A stretch of DNA of 64,000 bases, from NCBI GenBank assembly GCA_963703225.1, contig OY969801.1, positions 1,856,001 to 1,920,000 of the forward strand. Direction: 5' to 3'. The position numbers and the translations under genes are program-made. This document shows, piece after piece, positions 50,901 through 60,300 of this stretch. The number at the start of each line of letters is the position of its first letter. Within the stretch, counting starts at the first letter, position 1. The DNA is from Candidatus Eiseniibacteriota bacterium (GTDB lineage Bacteria > Eisenbacteria > RBG-16-71-46 > SZUA-252). The notes beneath the pieces are model-generated. The model searched no databases, was not told the origin of the DNA, and saw nothing but the letters and a program-made list of their open reading frames with translations.

Positions 50901-53900
50901 GGGCGACCGCGTTGCCGCTGGCGCTGCCGTTCCTGGTCGCCTGGCTCGCCTCGCCGGTGGTCGCGTGGTGGCTCAGCCGGCCGGTGGTTCCGCGGCGCCT
51001 GGCGCTGGGCGCCGAAGACACCGAGCAATTGCGCCGGATCGCGCGCCGGACCTGGCACTACTTCGAGCGATTCACGACCGCGCAGGATCACTGGCTGCCG
51101 CCCGACAACGTGCAGGAAGTCCCGGAGCTCCGCATCGCGCACCGCACGTCGCCGACCAATATCAGCATGGGGTTGCTCTCGACGCTCGCCGCGCACGACC
51201 TCGGCTATATCGGGACCGCCAACCTCGCCGATCGAATCGAGAACACACTCGCGATCCGTCGAAGGCGCTGGAGCGCCACGAAGGTCACCTGCTGAACTGG
51301 TACGACACGGAGAGCCTCGCTCCGCTCGTGCCGCGCTACGTCTCGACAGTGGACAGCGGCAATCTCGCCGGTGTGCTCATGACGCTCTCGGCCGGACTGC
51401 GCGAGCTTGCCGCGAGACCGGCTGTCGACAGCCGAATCGCCGCGGGGGTTGCCGATACGGCGGGGGTGCTGGACGACGCGCTGGCGACGCTAGGGCGTCA
51501 CGCTCACGGCGCCACCCCGCTCCGGGCGGCCTGCACCCTCGCCCAGGGTGAGCTCGACCTGCTGCGCGGCGCGTTGGGCGCTGGCGAACCCTCGAGCGAG
51601 CGCCTCGCGGCCGCCGTGCGCTGCCTTGCCGGTGTCCGCGCGGCGCTCGAGTGGATCGCGGAGGTGGCCCCCGCGGGTCCGGATGCCGACGACGTCGCCG
51701 TGTGGGGCCGAACGGTCGACGCGGAACTCGACGCGGCAGTCGGCCTCGCGACGGCACCCGAAGTGCCGAGCGCACGGCTCGAGGATCTCGCCCGTCGCTG
51801 CGACGCGCTCGCCGACGGCATGAACTGGACATTCCTGTACGACCGCACCCGCGGCGCATTCTCGGTCGGCTTTCGTCTGGCGGATGCCGAAGGGCCAGGC
51901 CGCCTCGACACCTCGTACTACGACCTGCTGGCGTCCGAGGCTCGGCTCGCGAGCTTCATCGCCATCGCGCGAGGTGAAGTGCCGCAGGAGCACTGGTTCC
52001 GACTCTCGCGCGCGCTGGTGAGCGTCGAAGGCTCCACCACGCTCGTGTCCTGGAGCGGCTCGATGTTCGAGTACCTGATGCCGCTGCTGATGCTGCGCAG
52101 CCATCCCGAGACCCTGCTCGAGAGCACCTGCCGCGCGGTGGTGCGGGCGCAGGTCCACTACGGCCGGCGACACCGGGTGCCTTGGGGCATCTCGGAATCG
52201 GCCTTTAACTCCGTGGACCCGCACGGCAACTACCAGTACAAGGCCTTCGGCGTTCCCGGCCTCGGGCTCAAGCGCGGGCTGGCCGAGGACCTGGTCATCG
52301 CGCCCTACGCGACGGCGCTCGCCGCACTGGTCGATCCCGCCGCCGCCGCGACCAACTTCCGCCGCCTCGCACGCGAGGGGGCCGCGGGGCGTTACGGGTT
52401 CCACGAGGCGCTCGACTACACCCCGCGCAAGGGTCCGGTGCCCGAAGGCGAGACCCCACCGGACCATGCCCGCGTCCATGCCGTGCAGGCGTACTTCGCC
52501 CACCACCAGGGCATGAGCCTGGGGGCGCTTGCGAACGCCGTGCTCGGCGCCCCCATGGTGCGGCGCTTCCACTCGGATCCCCGCGTGCAGGCCACCGAGC
52601 CGCTGCTACAGGAGCGCGTGCCGCGCTTCGTGCCCGTCATCCGGCCGCGCCCCGCCGAGTCCACGCGGGTCGAGCCGGTGGTGCCCGCGCTGTCGCCGCG
52701 GCGCTTCCGCTCGCCGCACACGCTCTACCCGAGTGCCCACTTCCTGTCGAACGGCCAGTACATCACGGCGGTCACCAACGCCGGGGGCGGCGCGAGCACC
52801 TGGCGCGGACGCGCCGTCACGCGCCAGCGCGACGACCCCACCTGCGATCCGGGCAGCCAGTTCATCTACCTGCGCGACGTGCGCAGCGGCCTCACTCTGG
52901 TCGGCCGCCTACCAGCCGGTCTGTCGCGAGCCCGAACGCTACCGGGTGACCTATCGGGCCGACGCGGCGACTTGTTCGCGCACGGACGACGGCATCGAGA
53001 CCCGGCTCGAGATCACGGTCTCCCCCGAGGACGACGTCGAGGTGCGCCGCGTGTCGCTGGTCAATCACACCGATCTTCTGCGCGAGATCGAGGTGACGAG
53101 CCTGGTCGAGATCGTGCTCGCGCCGCCCGCCGATGACCTCGCCCATCCCGGCGTTCCTCAAGCTCTTCCTCGAGACCGAGTACCGCCCCGAGTGCATGGC
53201 GCTGCTGTGCGGCCGCCGCCCGCGTTCGCCCGACGAACAGGCGCCGTGGGCGGTGCACGTGCTGAGCGCCGAGGGCGGCGTCCACGGCGCCATCGAGTGG
53301 GAGACCGACCGCAAGCGATTCCTCGGGCGCGGGCGCACGCCCGAAGACCCGGTCGCGCTCGACGGCCGCGCCCTCTCGGGCACCACGGGGGCGGTGCTCG
53401 ATCCGGTCCTGAGCCTGCGGCGGCGCGTGCGCATCGCCCCCGGCGGGCAGGTGCGTCTCGCGTTCGCGACCGGTGTCGCCGCGGAGCCGGGCCGCGGCAC
53501 TCGCCCTGGCCGAGAAGTACGACGATCCCACCTCGGCCGCCCGCACCTTCGCGCTCGCCACCACACAGACCCAGTTGCTGCTGCGTCACCTCGGCATCTC
53601 GACCGACGAAGCGCAGCTCTACGAGCGACTCGCCTCGCACGTGCTGTGGACCGACGCCGCACTGCGCGCCGCGCCCGCGATCCGTCGCGGCCAACACGCT
53701 CGGCCAAGCCGGCCTCTGGCCGCACGGCATCTCCGGCGACCTGCCGATCCTGGTCGTGCGCGTGGTCGAGGAGGGCGATCTCTCGCTGGTGCGCCAGGCG
53801 CTGCGCGCGCAGGAGTACTGGCGGCTCAAGGGTCTGAGTGCCGACGTCGTCATCCTCAACGAGCATCCGGTGAGCTACCTGGACGAGATGCACGAGCAGC

Positions 53901-56624
53901 TCGAGGGCCTGCTCGAGAAGGGCCCGTGGGCCGCATGGAGGCACCGTCCCGGCGGCGTGTTCCTGCTGCGCGGCGACGGCATGCCGGAGGCCGAGCGCAC
54001 CGTTCTGCTTGGCGGCCGCGCGCGCGGTGCTGAGCGGCGAGCGCGGCGAGCTGGCCGACCAGCTCGGCCTGCCCGTACCCCGAGCCGAGCTGGCCGGCAC
54101 GCGCTGGTCGCGCGCCCGATCGCCCGAAGGAACACGCACGAGCGATGCGGGCGCGGAGGTCGAGGCCCCGCCGCTCGCTCTCGCGAACGGGCTCGGCGGA
54201 TTCACCGCCGGCGGGCGCGAGTACGCGATCGTGCTGCAGGGCGATGCCGACACTCCGCAGCCGTGGGTCAACGTGATCGCGAACGAGCGCTTCGGCACCG
54301 TGGTCGGCGCCACCGGCGCGGCTTGGACCTGGGCCGGCAACAGCCGCGAGAACCGCCTGACGCCGTTCGGCAACGACGCGGTGAGCGAGTTCAGCGGCGA
54401 GGCCGTCTACCTGCGCGACGAGGATCGCGCGCGAGGTATGGGGCGCCACCCCGGGTCCGCTGCCGAACGCTCGCCCAAGGGCGGCCGCTGGGTCACCCGG
54501 CACGGCGCGGGAGTCACGCGCTACGCCCACCGCGAGCACGGCATCACCTGCGAGCTGGCGGTCTTCGTGCACGCCGATGAGCCGATCAAGTTCTCCCTGG
54601 TTTCGCTCACCAACCACGCCGCGCGCCCACGACGTCTGAGCGTCTTCGCCTACAACGAGTGGGCGCTCTGCCCGCCGCGCGCCGGCGAGCAACGCTTCGT
54701 CGTCACCGAGCAGGACGCGGAGACCGGCGCGGTGCTGGCGCGAAACCCCTACAACGCGGAGTTTCCCGGGCCGCGTGGCGTTCGTCGCACGCAAGCCAAA
54801 CGCCCGCCTCGGCGACCGGCGACCGGCTCGAGTTCCTGGGACGGAACGGCTCGCTGCGGCGGCCGGCGGCGCTGGCGCGCGAGTCGCCCTCGGGCAGCGC
54901 TTCGGCGCCGGCCTCGACCCGTGCGCCGCGCTTCAGATCCGCGTCGATCTCGAGCCCGGCGAGACCAAGGAGGTCGTGGTGCTGCTGGGCCAGGGCGACG
55001 ACCGCGCGCACGCGCTGGCGCTGGCGGGCCGCTTCGGCAGCGTCCCGGCCGCGCGCTCCGCGCTGGAACAGGTCGAGCAGCGCTGGGACACGATGCTCGG
55101 CGCCGTGCAGGTCGAGACGCCGGATGATTCGTTCGACCTGATCATGAACCGCTGGCTGCTCTACCAGGCGGTGAGCTCGCGGCTGTGGGGCCGCACCGGC
55201 TTCTTCCAGCCGGGCGGCGCGTACGGCTTCCGCGACCAGCTCCAGGACGTCATGGCGCTCGGCTTCGCGCGGCCGGACCTCTACCGCGAGCATCTGCTGC
55301 GCTGCGCCGGCCGCCAGTTCAGTCGAGGGGGACGTGCAGCACTGGTGGCACGAGCACAGCGGCCGCGGCGTGCGCACCCGCTGCTCCGACGACTTGCTGT
55401 GGCTTCCGTACGCGGTGGCCCACTACGTGAAGATGCACCGGCGACCACGCGGTGCTCGACGTGCCCGTTCCCTTCTTGGAATCTCCCGCGCTCCAACCCG
55501 GCGAGCTGGAGGCCTACGGCCAGCCGATAGCGACGGGCCAGAGCGGGACGCTGTACGAGCACTGCATCCGCGCCATCGAGCGCCGGCTCCCGGTCGGCGC
55601 GCACGGACTGCCCCTGATCGGCACCGGCGACTGGAATGACGGCATGAACCGCGTCGGGCACCAGGGACGCGGCGAGAGCGTGTGGCTCGGATGGTTCCTG
55701 TCGAAGATCCTGCATGACTTCGCCGCGCTGGTGAGAGCACGCGGCGACTCGGAGCGCGCCTCCCGCTGGACGGGAGAGCGCGAGCGGATGGCGACGATGC
55801 TCGAGCAGGCGTGGGACGGCGACTGGTATCGCCGTGCCTACTTCGACGACGGCACGCCGCTCGGCTCGGCACAAGCCCAGGAGTGCCGGATCGACGCGAT
55901 CTCGCAGAGCTGGGCCGTGCTATCGGGCGTGGCGCCGCGGCGCCGGGCCGAGCGCGCCATGGACGCGGTTCGCATGCAGCTGGTGCGGCGCGACGCCGGC
56001 GTGATTCAGCTGCTCGCGCCGCCGTTCGACCAGTCGCCGCTCGACCCCGGGTACATCAAGGGCTACGTGCCGGGCGTGCGCGAGAACGGCGGTCAGTACA
56101 CCCACGCCGCGCTCTGGACGGTGATGGCGATCGCGCACCTGGGCAGCGGCGACGAGGCGGTCGAGCTATTCCACATGCTGAATCCGATCAACCACACGCG
56201 CTCCCCGGCCGACGTCGAGCGCTACCAGGTCGAGCCCTACGTGGTGGCGGCCGATGTCTACACGCACCCGGCGCACATCGGCCGCGGCGGCTGGACGTGG
56301 TACACCGGCTCCGCGGCCTGGATGTACCGCCTCGGTCTCGAATCGATCCTCGGACTCAGGCGCCGGGGCCAACGCTTTTCCATCGCTCCCTGCGTTCCCG
56401 GGACGTGGAATGGCTTTGTGGTTCGGTGGCGCCATGGGCGAACCCTCTACGAGATCACCGTGGAGAATCCCGGTCGCAGAAACCGCGGCGTCGCTGAGGC
56501 GGTGCTGGACGGGGTTCGCGTCGATGCCCGCGCGATCCCGCTGGTCGATGACGGCGCGGAGCATCGACTACGAGTCGTCATGGGCGAGCGCGCTGTCGAG
56601 GCCGCTCCGACGCCCGCGGTATAG
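47980..56624 (+). CDS. ndvB: Cyclic beta-1,2-glucan synthase (Cgs/NdvB; GT84 plus GH94), split by many apparent frameshifts
   Basis: [103 protein letters not shown], all in canonical order. Confidence 0.93.
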
Positions 56625-56762
56625 AGCACCGGTCCATCGGGTTACAGGCGGGAAATCAGAGGGCCGCGGGCTGGAACGCGAATTGACTATCATTCCTCCT
56701 TGGAATGGCGCATATTGCGTTTGTCTTCGGTTGCCTGTGGATGTGCCGCCCGCGTTCAGATT

Positions 56763-56790
56763 CCGCCAGAGATCCCTCTGGCGGTTTTTT
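56763..56790 (+). terminator. Intrinsic terminator between cgs and csp
   Basis: ccgccagag-atcc-ctctggcgg followed by T6. Confidence 0.8.
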
Positions 56791-56903
56791 GTTGGGCGGC
56801 CACCCAGGATCGACCGAGACATCGGTCATAGAGATCGGACGTCGCCGCGGCGTGATACGCGGCAAGAACGGGTCTTCGGACCCGGAGACAAGAGGAGATT
56901 CAA

Positions 56904-57104
56904 GTGGCTACTGGCACCGTGAAGTGGTTCAACGAGGCAAAGGGTTTTGGCTTCATCACCCAGTCGGGTGGCGAGGACGTGTTCGTCCATTTCTCGGCGA
57001 TCGCCGGCGAGGGCTTCAAGACGCTCGCCGAGGGTGAGGCGCTCGAGTTCGACATTACGCAGGGCCCGAAGGGGCTGCAGGCGGCGAACGTTCGCAAGGC
57101 CTAA
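56904..57104 (+). CDS. cspA: Cold-shock protein (CspA family)
   Basis: [41 protein letters not shown]. Confidence 0.96.
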   Translation: MATGTVKWFNEAKGFGFITQSGGEDVFVHFSAIAGEGFKTLAEGEALEFDITQGPKGLQAANVRKA

Positions 57105-57131
57105 GACGCTCGAAAATCAGCTCGCGCCACG

Positions 57132-57159
57132 GGGGCGGTGTCCGGAAGGACGCCGCCCC
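57132..57159 (+). terminator. GC-rich hairpin after csp
   Basis: ggggcggtgtcc-ggaa-ggacgccgcccc; no clear U-tract. Confidence 0.55.
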
Positions 57160-57275
57160 TCGCGTTACTCCACTCCCCCACGAGAGCCGTATTGTGGTGG
57201 CCTGGCCCGCAAGTGCGCGAGGATAGCCGTTGCGGGCGACCATTTCCTTCGCCATAGCGGAAGGGCGGTCCCGCG

Positions 57276-57809
57276 ATGAAACCAAACAAACACAAATTCC
57301 GTCTCCGCATCCCGGAGTGCGACATCCCGGAGTGGGCCGCCCGCTTCTCGTACGACGCCAGCGACGACGATCTCCTCGGCCGCATTCGCCCGCTCGTTCT
57401 CGTTCGCGGCCACCTCACCCGGCCCGAGTTTCTCGAGATCTGCGCATGGAAGTCCGTCCGCACCAAGCCCCGCTGTCGGAAGAACCGCGCGCACAAGATC
57501 GAGACCGTCACCCGCAAGGCCCTCGCCACCTCCGACGAGGCGCTGAAGATCGGCCTCCTCCGGCTCCTCGACGGCGTCGAGTGGCCCACAGCTTCCACCA
57601 TCCTCCACTTCTGCGACGTGCGGCCCTACCCCATCCTCGACTACCGGGCGCTCTGGTCGCTCGGATGCGCCAAGCCGCCCAAGTACACGATGGATTTCTG
57701 GCTGGCATACCTGGAGTTCACTCGGGGGCTCGCCGCCAGGCTCAAGCTCCCGATCCGGACCCTGGACAAGGCGCTTTGGCAGTATTCGAAGGAGAGGCAG
57801 AGACGTTAG
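57276..57809 (+). CDS. Hypothetical protein with helix-hairpin-helix-like motif
   Basis: AWKS, LDGVEWPTASTILH, PILDYR, LDKALW; host-like codon usage. Confidence 0.75.
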   Translation: MKPNKHKFRLRIPECDIPEWAARFSYDASDDDLLGRIRPLVLVRGHLTRPEFLEICAWKSVRTKPRCRKNRAHKIETVTRKALATSDEALKIGLLRLLDGVEWPTASTILHFCDVRPYPILDYRALWSLGCAKPPKYTMDFWLAYLEFTRGLAARLKLPIRTLDKALWQYSKERQRR

Positions 57810-57858
57810 AGGACGCGGCGATCATGGCGGCACAGAGGAAGACCCGAGGCGTGTAAGT

Positions 57859-57903
57859 TGGAGGCGGCACCCGGATTTGAACCGGGGAATAACGGTTTTG
57901 CAG
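57859..57903 (-). tRNA. 3' fragment of tRNA-Cys(GCA), att site of the integrated element (not an intact tRNA)
   Basis: Minus strand CTGCAAA ACCGT TATT CCCGG TTCAAAT CCGGG TGCCGCC T CCA; sequence 5' of the anticodon loop cannot form the anticodon stem, D arm or acceptor strand. Confidence 0.9.
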
Positions 57904-58141
57904 TGCTTCCGCCCCTGTATCTACTAGTCTCTATCAGTGTAGAAGCACTTTCAACTGGGCCTTTAGGAGAATGGTGAAACTATCCATTCTATTCAGGTTG
58001 CATCGAATAGATTCACCACGCTATTAGGGGCTTGGTGAATCTATTCCCCTCCTAGTTTCGGCACCGACCCAGCACAGTTACCGGCACAGACGTATATGCG
58101 TTCCCGATGACCGTAAGGTCGTATTTCTGTACGATGTCGTC

Positions 58142-58321
58142 GTGATTGATCCTGTAAAGGTGACCATCGTTATGGAGAGGCGCGAATACGCGGCCTTCAA
58201 GGCAGAGGCTAGAGAGGTTTACGGGCTGACGGTGGGAACATTCCAGTCGGCGCTTTGGCAGAGTTACAAACGTCGTGGCGAGCCTCTGGAGCTAGTTCTG
58301 CCGCCCCGGAAGGTAAAGTAG
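58142..58321 (+). CDS. Small ribbon-helix-helix-like protein (59 aa, not in the ORF track)
   Basis: MIDPVKVTIVMERREYAAFKAEAREVYGLTVGTFQSALWQSYKRRGEPLELVLPPRKVK; ATGACC-N17-TACGAT ends 6 nt before the GTG. Confidence 0.6.
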   Translation: MIDPVKVTIVMERREYAAFKAEAREVYGLTVGTFQSALWQSYKRRGEPLELVLPPRKVK

Positions 58322-58344
58322 TCCCATGCAAGAGGAGGCGCCCT

Positions 58345-58626
58345 ATGGGAAAGGATGTGACCGTGCAGCTGACCGGCGTTGAGGCCCGCACGGCGGTCGG
58401 GCGAATAACAGCATCCGCGAAGCAGGTAGTCAGGTACTTGAAGAACAATCCGTTACTCCTGGCTGTTTTGGTTCTGCTTACTCTCGGTCCCCCTTTCCTT
58501 TTTCCCCTTCTGCCACTGCCATACTGGAAAAGCGTCGTCGTTGGCATTCTGTTCAACGTCGTGATGGATGTAATTGGGTTCTACGCAATCACTCGCGTGC
58601 ATGTTGAGACGATCACGTTGAGTTAG
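58345..58626 (+). CDS. Small two-TM cargo protein (93 aa)
   Basis: AGGAGG SD, ATG 58345, two hydrophobic segments, AT-richer codons. Confidence 0.7.
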   Translation: MGKDVTVQLTGVEARTAVGRITASAKQVVRYLKNNPLLLAVLVLLTLGPPFLFPLLPLPYWKSVVVGILFNVVMDVIGFYAITRVHVETITLS

Positions 58627-58701
58627 GCTTCGTTTGCCCCGGAAGGCAAAGCAGAGCCCCTAGCGCCGACTTCTCACTAGGGGCCGTAGTCCGCTTCGTC
58701 T

Positions 58702-59832
58702 CTACTGCTCTTCGTTCGCCCTAGACCCTCCCGCTCGCCTCTGCGAGTAGTTCCGGATCGCGTTCTGCAGATCCCGCTCGTCGGTGATGTTGTACCGGTC
58801 GAAGATGCTCCGGGTCCGGTGTCCGAGTAGTTCCTGGGCCAGCTTCTGATTGGTCCCAGTGCGGATCAGGTTCCTGGCGACGTAGCGCCTTAGATCGTGG
58901 GCGGTGATGTGGGCGCATTGGGCGCGTTCTGCAGCCCGGCGGAACTCCCTCGAACTCCAGTGAAGCTCATTGGGCTTCGCGGCCCCGTCCGACCCCTCGG
59001 ACCAGAAGACCCACGGCGTGATCGTCGCGTGCTCATGGTCAAAGGCTTGGGTGGCAACCCTACGCTCCGCGATCACTGCCTTTAGCTCGGGGTCCTCGGC
59101 GTAGTGGTAGATGCGGACGTCCTTGCCCTTCGTTTGGTAGGACTCCAGGCGCAGCGTCCCACTCTTCAGATCGACGTTTCCCCACTGGAGCCCTATTGCC
59201 TCTCCGAGCCGCCACCCTGTAATCGACAGGAACCGGACGACCCCCTTCAATGGCTCCGGCACCTCCCCGATGATCCGCTCGACCTCTTCGGGCTCAGGGA
59301 ATCCGGTCCGGGCGCTAGCCTCTTCCAAGAATTCGAAACTCGGCACGTCCTCAGCACTCACCCGCCGGGGCTTGGCTCTGAGTCCGAGGTTGAATCCACG
59401 GCGGAGTGCCGATAGCTCCCGATTGATGGTCGCGGGTGCGGCCCCTTCCTCACGCCTCTTTGCCTTGTAGCCGCCGAGTTTCTCCGCGACCCGCTCGGCT
59501 GGCGTGTCCGCTCCAATGATCCGCTTCAAGTGCCCATGCAGGCAGAGGAGCCGGTTCATGGTTCGCCGTTCCTTGTCCTCGTAGCTCTCCACGTTCAAGG
59601 CCAGGAGATCGGAGAGCTTGGTCCGGCGTGCAGCCGGGGCAAAGGTCCCGGTCTGAATTTCAGAGATCCGTTTCTTGAGGAGGTCCCGGGCTACCGACTT
59701 AATCCGCGACCCGCTCGACTCCCGGTATTCCTCTCCCCGGTAGTAGTAGCGCGTGTACCACATGCCGCCGCGCTCATAGAGCCCGCCCATACCCCGCACC
59801 CTCTTCTTGGCCTTCTTTTCGGTCTCACTCAT
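58702..59832 (-). CDS. int: Tyrosine recombinase/phage integrase
   Basis: N-terminal arm-binding RGMGGLYERGGMWY; PATINRELSAL; catalytic R (TGWR), K (TKG), HDLRR, LLGH, Y (DRYNI). Confidence 0.95.
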   Translation of the reverse strand: MSETEKKAKKRVRGMGGLYERGGMWYTRYYYRGEEYRESSGSRIKSVARDLLKKRISEIQTGTFAPAARRTKLSDLLALNVESYEDKERRTMNRLLCLHGHLKRIIGADTPAERVAEKLGGYKAKRREEGAAPATINRELSALRRGFNLGLRAKPRRVSAEDVPSFEFLEEASARTGFPEPEEVERIIGEVPEPLKGVVRFLSITGWRLGEAIGLQWGNVDLKSGTLRLESYQTKGKDVRIYHYAEDPELKAVIAERRVATQAFDHEHATITPWVFWSEGSDGAAKPNELHWSSREFRRAAERAQCAHITAHDLRRYVARNLIRTGTNQKLAQELLGHRTRSIFDRYNITDERDLQNAIRNYSQRRAGGSRANEEQ

Positions 59833-60046
59833 GGCTTCCACCTTCCAGGTATCGCAGCAACGCACGGCGAATCAGGCTCGTCACCGTTCTGTCCTCAGCT
59901 TTCGCCATCGCCCGTACGTCCTTCCACAGAGCCCCGGGGAGAGTTGTATGCAGGTGATGGAGGATAATGTCCCCAGCTTGATCGCGATCGACTAGAGCAA
60001 CCGCCTCCGGCATTCGCTTCGGCCCTTGCTTTCCCTTTCGTTTCAT
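59825..60046 (-). CDS. Ribbon-helix-helix (CopG-like) protein coupled to integrase
   Basis: LHTTLPGALWKDVRAMAKAEDRTVTSLIRRALLRYL; GGAGGGG SD; stop overlaps the int start. Confidence 0.75.
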   Translation of the reverse strand: MKRKGKQGPKRMPEAVALVDRDQAGDIILHHLHTTLPGALWKDVRAMAKAEDRTVTSLIRRALLRYLEGGSHE

Positions 60047-60068
60047 TTGACTCCCCTCCCTTGTTAGC

Positions 60069-60108
60069 TGATGTACATCAGTGTACATCACTGAACATCT
60101 GGTGTCAA
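60069..60108 (-). promoter_or_regulatory. Promoter of the RHH-int operon with overlapping 10-bp repeats
   Basis: Minus strand TTGACA-N17-TACACT; plus strand ATGTACATCA GTGTACATCA CTGAACATCT; palindrome TGATGTACATCA. Confidence 0.75.
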
Positions 60109-60300
60109 GGGCGAATTCGAGGTGATGATCCTCTCGATTTCCTCTCGTCGGAAGAGCAACTCTCGTCCGAACCTCACGGCTGCCGGTGCGAGTTTGCCCC
60201 CGGGCTGGGAGTGCCTGTAGACGTACCGCAGATCGCCGTCATGCCGGAAGAGCGCCGCGACCTCGCGCGGGGTCAGGAAGAGCCTATCCTTGAGATTCAT
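60088..60300 (-). CDS. Excisionase-like HTH protein
   Basis: FLTPREVAALF...YVYR...AVRFGRELLFRREEIE. Confidence 0.8.
   Translation of the reverse strand: MNLKDRLFLTPREVAALFRHDGDLRYVYRHSQPGGKLAPAAVRFGRELLFRREEIERIITSNSPLTPDVQ

Noticed and set aside
372..56624. Frameshifts in tal, glk, coxII, ispG, EamA, epimerase, kinase and cgs read as pseudogenes or programmed frameshifting
   Set aside because: Scattered single-base indels, often in G/C runs, with motifs intact on both sides, including the normally essential ispG; most simply explained by long-read errors.
56706..56718. sigma54 promoter TGGCGCATATTGC
   Set aside because: GG-to-GC spacing is 8 nt rather than the required 10.
57859..57935. 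Intact tRNA-Cys gene
   Set aside because: No D arm, 5' anticodon stem or GGCGGCA acceptor strand at the required distance; only the 3' 45 nt are present.
58622..58628. Integron core site GTTAGGC at the cargo stop
   Set aside because: No matching RYYYAAC/attC fold nearby, and the integrase is phage-type.
58636..58654. SRP RNA helix-8 look-alike (CCGGAAGG..AGCAG)
   Set aside because: Lacks the upstream CAGG strand and the long stem; CC-GGAA-GG also occurs in the csp hairpin as an ordinary tetraloop.
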